A stretch of 64,000 nucleotides of DNA from Candidatus Woesearchaeota archaeon (GTDB taxonomy: Archaea > Nanobdellota > Nanobdellia > Woesearchaeales > GCA-2686295): contig CALDOJ010000035.1 of assembly GCA_937912225.1 (NCBI GenBank), positions 10,571 through 74,570 of the forward strand, written 5' to 3'. Under the pieces are notes generated by a model that worked only from the letters and a program-made list of their open reading frames with translations, was not told the origin of the DNA and ran no database searches. The position numbers were made by a program, and so were the translations under genes. This document shows, one piece after another, positions 36,472 through 45,900 of this stretch; position 1 is the stretch's first letter, and each line of letters begins with the position of its first letter.

Positions 36472-37680
36472 ATTATAGAGAAGACAGTTTTAGAAAGGAC
36501 GGGTGTAATTGCGATAGCTTTAGTAGTATTCTTTTTAGTAGGTTCAAATGTAGAAAATACTAACATGATTACTGGTTGGGTTGTTGGAAGTTGTCCTGAA
36601 GAATTTGACACTGTGAATGAAGTAAAAGAAGCTCGATTAAATATTCTAAATGATTTTAAAGCTAATAGAGGCAATGGAAAATATACTGTTGAAGAAGTCA
36701 AAGATTTTTCATCGTGGTATCGAACTGTTAGTAGAAGTCCGGAAATTGATTGTTCGCAAACTATGAAAACTTCAGGAACTTCAGTTAATGAATTTATGAA
36801 TGTTAAACTGCTTGGAAAAGCACCTTCAGAAGAATTAACTAAAACAGAGTATACAACAACTTCTAATACTGATTCATATTCTGGTTTAAGTATTTGTCCA
36901 GAAGAATATGATACTAAAAATGAACTTAAACAAGCTAGAAAAGATATTCTAAAAGAATACAAATCTAAATCTGATAAGTATGATAAACAAGAAGTTAGGG
37001 AGTTTACATTGTGGTATAAAACTGCAATTAAATCTGATACTATTGATTGTTCAGTTCAAATTGAATCAACAAGTATGAGTGTTGGAACAATGTTTAATAC
37101 AAAGCTTTTAGGAAAAACCGATTCTGATCATGGTTCATCATCTACTAATAATAATGAACGTGCACCTCCAGCAATTCCTTCTAACACAGATGTTTGTCCT
37201 GAAGAATATGATTCTAAGAAAGAATTAAAACAAGCAAGAAGTGCAGTGATGCAAGAGTATAAAGCTAAATCTGGTAAGTATGATAAGAAGGAAGTTAAGG
37301 AGTTTTTATCTTGGTATAAAACAGCTATGAAAGCTGATGAAATTGATTGTTCAACACAACTCGAAACTTCAAGTATGAGTGTTGGAACAATGTTAAATAC
37401 TAAGGTATTAGAACGATCTGCTTCTACTGCTTCAACTAGTTCTAAAGGAACTAATACTGCAACTTCAACTTCAACTGCTTCAAAAGTAAAAACTGCAGTT
37501 GCACAAGCATCTAATGCTGATGGATTAGTAATAATTGGAGAAGCGAACTCTCACTTTTCAGAACCAAACGGACAAAATGTTGTTTTAACAATGCCTGCAG
37601 GAATGGAAGCTGTTGAAACAACTGACTATATATATGCAGGCGGTCAATTAGTGGCAAAAGTTACTGAGGTGACTCAATGA
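36472..37680 (+). CDS. secreted protein with three 100-aa Cys-pair repeats and a C-terminal Rhs pre-core-like YIYAGGQLVAKV motif
   Basis: The canonical ATG is at 36565. The in-frame upstream sequence encodes a signal anchor (IEKTVLERTGVIAIALVVFFLVG) with no ATG, GTG or TTG, so an ATT/ATA start is suspected. Repeats start with CPEE(F/Y)D at 36592, 36895 and 37195. The stop overlaps the next ATG. Confidence 0.6.
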   Translation: MIEKTVLERTGVIAIALVVFFLVGSNVENTNMITGWVVGSCPEEFDTVNEVKEARLNILNDFKANRGNGKYTVEEVKDFSSWYRTVSRSPEIDCSQTMKTSGTSVNEFMNVKLLGKAPSEELTKTEYTTTSNTDSYSGLSICPEEYDTKNELKQARKDILKEYKSKSDKYDKQEVREFTLWYKTAIKSDTIDCSVQIESTSMSVGTMFNTKLLGKTDSDHGSSSTNNNERAPPAIPSNTDVCPEEYDSKKELKQARSAVMQEYKAKSGKYDKKEVKEFLSWYKTAMKADEIDCSTQLETSSMSVGTMLNTKVLERSASTASTSSKGTNTATSTSTASKVKTAVAQASNADGLVIIGEANSHFSEPNGQNVVLTMPAGMEAVETTDYIYAGGQLVAKVTEVTQ

Positions 37681-40600
37681 TTAAAAAGAAATTAGCTGCT
37701 ATGTTCACACTTATACTATTTATTATGTCAATTATCCCACAAGGTGTAATTGCAGCACCAGAAGCATACGCTTTTGAAGATTATTCTAAATTTAATAATG
37801 TAGAACTTACAAGTGGAGATATGAGTTTATCTGTTCCTTTATTAACAATTCCTGGAAGAGGCGGAATGACTTATTCTATTGCAATGAATTACCACGCAGG
37901 TATTCAACTAGATCAACAAGCAGATGTAGTTGGTCTTGGATGGTCATTGAACTTGCCTTTAATAACCAGATCTGTTAATGGTGTGCCTGATGATTGGCAT
38001 TTTACAGGAGATGATGATTCTTATATGTTATACAAAAATTTTCCGGCCGTGTTTCCAGCAAGTATGTTTCAAAATCAAATTAAACAACATGAAGCTGCAA
38101 AAGCACAAGCACGGAAAAATATGGCTAAACAAGCTCTTATTGGAGTTGCTTTAGCTGCCGCAACAGGTGGAATTGGAGCAGCCGCAGGAATTGGTGGGAT
38201 GTCTGCAATAGGTGCTGCAAAACAAGCAGCTGTATCAACTGTTACTCAATCAGGATATGGTGCTTTAACTATGAGTAGTACTTTTAAATCTCAAGCAAAA
38301 GATATGAAATCTGAACAAAAAAGAATTAAAGATTTAATAACCGCTACATCTACAACTACTACTGCCCAACCTTTAAGTGGAAAAGTTTATGATCCTGCTG
38401 CAGGCGGTGATGGAAATAATCATGTTTTTGCTTTAGATGAAGTTAATCCCGATTCTTATTTTGTTAATTCACCTTCTTATATGGGTTCTTGGTTATTACG
38501 TGATTCTGCAGGAACAGGTCAATTAGAATATTTTTTACCAACTCATTTTTCAGCTTCTCCAAATCAAATTTGTGTGCAAACAGGTGTTGGAACTTGCGAG
38601 GTTGACAGTGTTCAAGATAGAACTGCAAGTTATGCGACTGGTTCAAGTTTACCTATAACTGCTACTGAAAATAATGTTATTCCTTTAATGAAAGAAACTT
38701 TTGGAGGAGGATTAAAAGGTTTTGTAATTGTTGATCCTTCTGGAACAAGATATTTATTTACAACTGCTATTGAAGAAGCTGTTGCTTATGATGAACCTGC
38801 TGGTTTTTCATTTTTACCAGGAGATATTCCTACTGCTGCAAACGATGAGGAACGTGCTTATTCAAGTTTTTCATGGATTGATTTTTATCCTGGAGGAGTT
38901 AGTAGTACAGATATTGCTTTGAAAAATGATGTTCAAGGAAGACTTGGAAGTGGAACCTTTTTATTACAAGATCATACTTCTGTTTGGGGTTTAACAAAAG
39001 TTATGGATGCAAACACTGCTTTAATAGGTGGTCAAGGCGAAGTGATGGGTAATTCTGTTTCATTCATATATGTGAATGTTACTTTAAATGATGGAGTTTT
39101 TACAACTTCAAATTCTATGAATACAAAATCTGGTTCAGAGTATTTTAGTGTTGATGAAGATTTTTCAATAACTCCAACAGGTCATAAAACTGTTGCTCGA
39201 GCTTTTAAAACTATGAAACTAGTTGAAGAAATTCATACAGATACTCATTATACTAAATTCGTTTATGATTATAATAGGTATGATGGTAAAGAAGCATATT
39301 CTTCAGGAACACTTGATAATATGCCAAAGCTTGCTGAAATAAAATTATACGCAAAACAAGGTAATGATGATAATGCTGTTTTGTTAGAACGATACGAGTT
39401 TACTTATGATTACAGTTTAGCTAGAGGAGCACCTGATAATATTCTACCAATTGAAAATGAGAATAGTGGAAGACTTACACTTAAAGAAATAAGACATTGT
39501 TCAGGAAGTGGTGATACTTGTTTACCACCTATTAAATTTGAATATGCTAATAATGAAGAACCTATTATTGAAGATATTTGTTCAGGTTTATTAGTTGAAA
39601 ATGTTCCTCGGAATATGTGTGGCGATAGTTCTGGTTTAAAATGTGAAGAATCAGTTGCTGAAAGATATTGTAATAATGTTTATGGTTTAAACTATGTTTC
39701 TAATTCAAAAGTTTGTGATGGTGGAAATCATGGTCATGGAGATTGGGCTCATTATCCAAGCGATACTACACCTCCATGTGGTGGAAGTGGTTCTGATGAA
39801 TGGGTTAATTCATTAACTTGTGATTCATCTTCTTTAATTAGTTGTGTAATTGCAGGTGCAACTGTTAATTCAAATTTAGATAATACTAAAAACCCATTAT
39901 ATATTAAGAATGCTCGTGATCGATGGGGTTATTTCTTTTTATCAACTGATGATGAAAATGTTCATAATATTCAAGGCAACTCAAATCCTACTGTTGATGC
40001 GTGGAGTTTGACAAAAGTTATTTGGCCAACTGGTGGAGTTACTGAATGGGAATATGAAGAAGATAAATATAATTATGTTAATGATATTAATTTAGGAAGT
40101 AGTAAATATGGTGGTGGATTAAGAGTTAAGAAAGTAATTAACTGTGATGGGATGGGTCAATGTTATACTCAAAATTATGCTTATAGAAATCAAGATGCAG
40201 ATAAATATTCTGTAAATGCTTTTGAACTAGGAATTGAAAAATCAACTCACAGTTCAGGTGTTACTCTTGGAGAACCAGCTGTGCCTCTTTATTCAATGAA
40301 TTATCAACAGTTATCTGAATTAATTAATCCCTATCCTTCAATTGTTCAAAGTAATAATTTTGGTGTATCTTATGGAAAAGTTGAGACTTATTCTGATAAT
40401 AAAATCGCTTCTAATGGAGTAACCATATCTGAATTTACAACTGCTGTTGATTATCCTGGACAAGGTAAATATACTCCTAATCAAATGTATCCATTTTATA
40501 CTATTTCATATGGTGCAACAGGGTCAAATAATGCTGAACCTATAACTGAAGATTTTGTTGGATTTGACCGAATTAAAGTTGTTCCTAAAAAAGGAAGTGA

Positions 40601-42974
40601 TAATTATAACCAATTAAGAATTAATGAAGATAAAAAATATTTTGTTGTTTCAAGTACACCTGGATATTTATTCTTTTTAAGAATGAATGCTGGTGAAGAT
40701 GGAGGTGGTAATTGTGACTGTGGAATTAAAGCAACAGTACAACATCCTCAAAATGCACCTCCATTTATTGGTCCTGCTGAAGAAACAGGCGCTTGTCCTG
40801 GTGAATACGATACAGGTCTTTACTGTGCTGAAATAGAATTTGAAGATAGAGGTTGGCCTAGTTGGGGAACACAATGTGGATGTAAAGATCCTGGTAATAT
40901 ATTTTTATTTTGTCCTTCAAATGATAATGGTTTAATTGTAGATTCAGGAGGAACTACTGCAGACAATTATAATCCTTGGACTCATAGCGGTAGTTCTTGG
41001 TTTGATTCAGTGGAAAATAAATTTGAATATAGTGCTAGAGGAGGCAGAGATGATCCTTGGCAAACAAGTCCAATGAAATGGGCACATGATAGTACTTGTT
41101 ACTTTATTTTTGGAGGAGACTCAATGTGGGATTCTAATGAAAAAGTAGTATGGGACGCAAATGCTCCTGGTTGTATTGATAATAATAACGATGGAAATTG
41201 TGATTTACCATTAGTTGAAAATCTTGGAAAAGAAGTTAAGAGTTATATGCTTGGAATAAATAAAGAAACAAATACTTATTCAGCAGATAATCTTAATGAT
41301 CCTCTTGCTTGGTCTAAAACTCATTTTAATGCAGAGCCATTCACAGATTTGGAATCTGAAGGGGTTTTTATTGGAAAAACTAATATTTATAGAAGTGAAT
41401 CAATGCAAGAAGGGATTCATACAATAATTGATTATTCAAATTTTGATCCTTGGACTGGAGCTCCTCAAAGAGTTGAAACTACTGATAGCGAAGGTCGTAC
41501 AATTGTAACAGAAACATTATTTGCTTATGATACTGCTGCTGGTGCAGGTGAAGAAATGTATGGTGAATTTGGTAAAGAAGGATTACATATGCTTTCAGTA
41601 CCAAAAACTGTAACTATAAGTGAAGAAGGTTCTGATGATGCTTATTTAACTAAGACAATTTCTTTTTGGAAAAATAATTGGGATGTAGGATATATTGATG
41701 CAGGTGATAGTGCAAATAATGCTTGGTTGCCTTATGAAACAAAAGTTATTCATATTGAAGATGGATTTGAAAGAATTTCTGCAGGTAAATCTTTAGCTTA
41801 TGATAAATATTTTAATTTAATTGTTTCTGAAGATGCTAAAGAGGATGCTAAAACTTATTATTTCTTCGGAGATAATGATGAAAGTACTCAATGTAGAGAT
41901 GTTGATGGTGGATTTAATCGTCTTTATTTTGAGAATCCTACTTTTAAAAATGCAGTTCCTACTTGTGTAGAAAATGAATTAGGTCATACTGTTCGAACTA
42001 AATATGATTCAGATTACAGAGTAACTGATGTTTACGATATTAATGATTTAAGAACTCGTTATGCATATGATGGTCTTGGTAGATTAAGAAATATTTGGCA
42101 GCCTGGTAATACTGGTACTTCTGATTCAAATGCTGATATTCATTATGATTATGAATTTTATCAAGGTGCAGTTGTTGATAACCCTGACTTTGATGATGGC
42201 TTAGAAGATTGGACTGAATGGACTGCTTATGGCAATACTTTAAGCCCTTGTGCAGTTGCATCTGTTGTTGATGACCAAACAGCTGTTAGATTAAAAGTTA
42301 AGCCTGCAGGAACTTGTTTAAGAGAACAAGAAGTTGATTTAGATGTTTCAGAAACTTATACTATTAGTGCAGATGTTAAAATAATGGATGCACCGGCTAA
42401 TTGGATTCAAACTTATATGCGATGCAGATATGACCATAACAATGATGGTGTTTATAATACTGCTAATGGTGATCATTATCGTGATTATGGAGTCGCTGCA
42501 GATCTTGATTTAATAAATCGATGGCAAACAATTTCAAGGACTTTTAGTCCTTCTGAATATGCTAATAATGACTCTATACTTGATTGTAGATTAGCAGTCA
42601 GAATTCATTCAGATGAAGGTAGTAATAATGCTGGTGATGTTTTCTTTGATCATGTTGCAATTGGAAAACCTAACAAAATCACGACTACAACTAAATTAAA
42701 TAGTGCTGGTGCAAAAGCTATTGGTGTTTCATTCTTTGACGGACTTGGAAGAAATATACAAAGTCAAGCAAAAGAAAGTAATACTAATTGGATTGTTAGT
42801 TATACTGATTATTATGATTATATGCCTGCTGTTGATAAAGCATGGAGACCATTAAGAAAAGAAACTAGTGGTGAATATGATTTTACACAACCTACAGGAA
42901 TTTATTCAAAGACTATTTTTGAACATAGTCCTTTAGCAAGAGTTAAGGAGGTTTACCCTGCTCTGGTAATTTAA
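37677..42974 (+). CDS. TcB/SpvB-N-like plus YD-repeat (Rhs-family) shell protein, part 1
   Basis: 1765 aa. Sec-type leader MIKKKLAAMFTLILFIMSIIPQGVIAAPEAYA. SpvB/TcB-N-like LSVPLLTIPGRGGMTYSIAMNYHAG..VVGLGWSLNLPLITRSVNGVPD. TcdB-mid-like VWGLTKVMD, AWSLTKVIWPTGG and LPPIKFEY. YD repeats YAYDGLGRLRNIW and FFDGLGRNI. A CBM-like insert lies at about 42171..42668. Confidence 0.75.
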   Translation: MIKKKLAAMFTLILFIMSIIPQGVIAAPEAYAFEDYSKFNNVELTSGDMSLSVPLLTIPGRGGMTYSIAMNYHAGIQLDQQADVVGLGWSLNLPLITRSVNGVPDDWHFTGDDDSYMLYKNFPAVFPASMFQNQIKQHEAAKAQARKNMAKQALIGVALAAATGGIGAAAGIGGMSAIGAAKQAAVSTVTQSGYGALTMSSTFKSQAKDMKSEQKRIKDLITATSTTTTAQPLSGKVYDPAAGGDGNNHVFALDEVNPDSYFVNSPSYMGSWLLRDSAGTGQLEYFLPTHFSASPNQICVQTGVGTCEVDSVQDRTASYATGSSLPITATENNVIPLMKETFGGGLKGFVIVDPSGTRYLFTTAIEEAVAYDEPAGFSFLPGDIPTAANDEERAYSSFSWIDFYPGGVSSTDIALKNDVQGRLGSGTFLLQDHTSVWGLTKVMDANTALIGGQGEVMGNSVSFIYVNVTLNDGVFTTSNSMNTKSGSEYFSVDEDFSITPTGHKTVARAFKTMKLVEEIHTDTHYTKFVYDYNRYDGKEAYSSGTLDNMPKLAEIKLYAKQGNDDNAVLLERYEFTYDYSLARGAPDNILPIENENSGRLTLKEIRHCSGSGDTCLPPIKFEYANNEEPIIEDICSGLLVENVPRNMCGDSSGLKCEESVAERYCNNVYGLNYVSNSKVCDGGNHGHGDWAHYPSDTTPPCGGSGSDEWVNSLTCDSSSLISCVIAGATVNSNLDNTKNPLYIKNARDRWGYFFLSTDDENVHNIQGNSNPTVDAWSLTKVIWPTGGVTEWEYEEDKYNYVNDINLGSSKYGGGLRVKKVINCDGMGQCYTQNYAYRNQDADKYSVNAFELGIEKSTHSSGVTLGEPAVPLYSMNYQQLSELINPYPSIVQSNNFGVSYGKVETYSDNKIASNGVTISEFTTAVDYPGQGKYTPNQMYPFYTISYGATGSNNAEPITEDFVGFDRIKVVPKKGSDNYNQLRINEDKKYFVVSSTPGYLFFLRMNAGEDGGGNCDCGIKATVQHPQNAPPFIGPAEETGACPGEYDTGLYCAEIEFEDRGWPSWGTQCGCKDPGNIFLFCPSNDNGLIVDSGGTTADNYNPWTHSGSSWFDSVENKFEYSARGGRDDPWQTSPMKWAHDSTCYFIFGGDSMWDSNEKVVWDANAPGCIDNNNDGNCDLPLVENLGKEVKSYMLGINKETNTYSADNLNDPLAWSKTHFNAEPFTDLESEGVFIGKTNIYRSESMQEGIHTIIDYSNFDPWTGAPQRVETTDSEGRTIVTETLFAYDTAAGAGEEMYGEFGKEGLHMLSVPKTVTISEEGSDDAYLTKTISFWKNNWDVGYIDAGDSANNAWLPYETKVIHIEDGFERISAGKSLAYDKYFNLIVSEDAKEDAKTYYFFGDNDESTQCRDVDGGFNRLYFENPTFKNAVPTCVENELGHTVRTKYDSDYRVTDVYDINDLRTRYAYDGLGRLRNIWQPGNTGTSDSNADIHYDYEFYQGAVVDNPDFDDGLEDWTEWTAYGNTLSPCAVASVVDDQTAVRLKVKPAGTCLREQEVDLDVSETYTISADVKIMDAPANWIQTYMRCRYDHNNDGVYNTANGDHYRDYGVAADLDLINRWQTISRTFSPSEYANNDSILDCRLAVRIHSDEGSNNAGDVFFDHVAIGKPNKITTTTKLNSAGAKAIGVSFFDGLGRNIQSQAKESNTNWIVSYTDYYDYMPAVDKAWRPLRKETSGEYDFTQPTGIYSKTIFEHSPLARVKEVYPALVI

Positions 42975-42975
42975 A

Positions 42976-45900
42976 ATGAAAACAAAATTAATATTTGGAT
43001 TATTGATTATTTTTTTAATTAGTATGCTATCAGTTTCATCTTTTGAAGTTTGTAACAATTTAGATGATGACAATGATGGTTTAGTTGATGAAGGTCTTTC
43101 TAATTGTGATTGTAGAGAAGGCTGTGATGGGGCTGTTAGTTGCGCTTCATATAGTTATGATGCTTGTCCTACAAGTGTTGGTTGTTCCAGAGATAATGTT
43201 TGTGATGGTTCAGTATCTGCTTCTGAATTTTGTTTTGGTTTACAACAAATTGCTCAAGTTCGTTATGGTGCGGATGATTTTGGACAACGTGTTTGTTTAG
43301 ATTTTGGCGGTGATTTGTGCCAATGGTTTGAGATGGATAATTTGTGTGTTCCTGCTAATGGTGTTTATGGTTCTCAAACTTGTTCTGAGATTATAGGTCC
43401 TAGTGGTCGTAGTGGTTGTAGTTGGGCAACAGATTCTTATATAACTAATTATTATGGTTCTGGAGATTCTAGTTTTGGTTGGAGTGATTGTACTTATACT
43501 CAAATATGTGCTAATTCTCCATCTTGTTCAAGTCAAGGTTTTGATACTTGCAATGATCTTCATGGTTGTTCTTTATCAACAAGTAAATCTTCATTTGAAG
43601 TTTGTGGTGATAATATTGATAATGATTGTAATCAACAAGTTGATGAAACATGTGATATTCCAAGTATAAAGTCTACTTATAATCCTAGTAATGCTAATAA
43701 TGAAGATTATTCTTATGTGCTTGTAACTGATGAAGAAGGCACACAAACAAGATCAAAAACTGATAAATCAGGAAATCTTAAAGAAATAAAAGAAGCATAT
43801 AATTATGCGTCTGACAGAACAACTGCAGAATATAATTATGATGTTTTAGGACGATTAAAAACAATCACTTTACAAAATCCTGAAGGCGGAGATCATGTAA
43901 CAACTAAAGAATATAATTCGCTTGGTCAGTTAACTGATGAATATCATCCTGATACAGGTCATGTAAGTTTCACTTATGATTTGAATGGTAATTTACTCAC
44001 TTCTCAAGTTGAAGGCGCTCCTGAAAAAGATGTAGTTATAGACTATGATGTTTTAAACAGAGTTAATAATATTACTTGGCCTAATTATGAAGGCGGAACT
44101 ACTGCTGTTCAATATTATTATGATGATGACGATGAATGTACTTATACTTATTATTCAAAAGGAAAAGTTTGTAAGATTGTTGACTTGTCTGGAACTATAG
44201 AATTTATTTACAATTATAAAGGTCAAGTTGAGCGAGAAGTTAAAGGAATTCTTCCAATAACTAACATGGTTGCTAATCCTGGTTTTGATGCAAGTACTAT
44301 CTTTTGGTCTAATTATGGTTTGGGTTCAAAGTTAATTAGAGAAAATGGAGTTGCTTATGTTACTGTTAATAGTAGTGGAGCTGATAGTTATGCTGGAATG
44401 CATTATGCAGATAATACTAAAGGTATAATTAAAGTTGAACCTGATACTCAATATACTCTTTCTGCTTTAGTTAAAACAGGTAATATATATGGTGGTAATG
44501 GACATGTTACTTTAGATACTCATTGTCATAATGAAGAGCATACTAATGGTAATTTTCATCGTGTAATTATTTCGTCAGGTTCAGATAGAGTTTTACCTGC
44601 TAATTCAGAAACTTTTGTAAGATTATCTGAAACTATAACAACAAATGATACTGCAGATCATTGTCATGTAAAAATATATTTCCAAAACGATGGTGAATAC
44701 GGTGATTTCTGGGTTGATGAAGTTCAATTTGAACAAGCACCTGCTTTTAGTGGTGAATATAAACAAGATTTCTTCATAAGTGATTATGCTTATGATTCTT
44801 CAGGCAGATTAGTATCAATGGTTTATCCTAGCGGTAAACGATTAGATTACAATTACAATTCATTTTCACAATTAGAATCTATGAGTTTAGATGCTAATAA
44901 TGACGGTACTCCTGATAAAACAATTGTTCAAGGTTATGTTTATAATCCAACTGGTAGCCTTGCTAGTTTTCAAACAGGTGATGGAATTACTACAACTTAT
45001 TCTTATACAATAAGAGAATGGTTAAATAGCTTAGATATCGGTGATTTATACGAACGATCTTATGATTATGATAAGACTGGTAATATGATGACTATGTATG
45101 ATGACCTTTCACAAAATAATGATGTTGCAAGTTATGGTTATGATAAATTAAGTCGAATTAAAACAGTTAATTCAGATATTCTTGGGAGACAATCTTATGA
45201 ATATGATAAACTTGGTAATAGATTGCTTTTAAATACGCCTGAAAAAAGAGTTAGTTATGATTATTCTTATAATCCTGGTGTGAATCAAAACCCTGATATT
45301 TTAGAAGATAGTGCATCTATAAGATTAACTTCAATGTCTACTACAAGAAAATATACTGATGTGAATGTTGGCGGTGATATAGTTACAAGAGAAGTTGGTG
45401 GTAAAAGTATTGTTAGTAATAGTATTACTGGTAATGCTGTGAATACAGTTACTTCTTCAACATCTAGTTCTGAATTAGTATATGGTGTTACTGGTAGTTT
45501 AGAAAGTGATGGAACTTATACTTATGAATATTATCCAAATAATCGATTAAAAATTGTTAGAGAAAACTCCGGAACTATTGTTGAACAATACGTGTATGAT
45601 TATTTAGGTAATAGAATTATGAAAAAAGACGCTGATGGCGAAATTAAAAAATTATATTTATATGATTTAGGAAGTACTTTAATTGAAGAAATTGTTCCTA
45701 TTACTGCTTCTTGTGATGATGGTATTCAAAGTCCAGGAGAAACAGGTGTTGATTGTGGCGGTCTTTGTCCTGCTTGTCCAACTTGTAATGATGGCATACA
45801 AAATCAAGACGAAATTTATATTGATTGTGGCGGCTCTTGTGATGCTTGTGGCCCTGAAATCTGTGATAATGGTGTTGATGATGATTATGACAATAATGCT

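Noticed and set aside
36426-36962. 178-aa minus-strand ORF overlapping the start of the three-repeat protein gene
   Set aside because: It is antisense to a plus-strand gene whose 100-aa repeats are conserved at the protein level. The minus-strand product is S/L/F-rich with no start context, so it is a shadow ORF.
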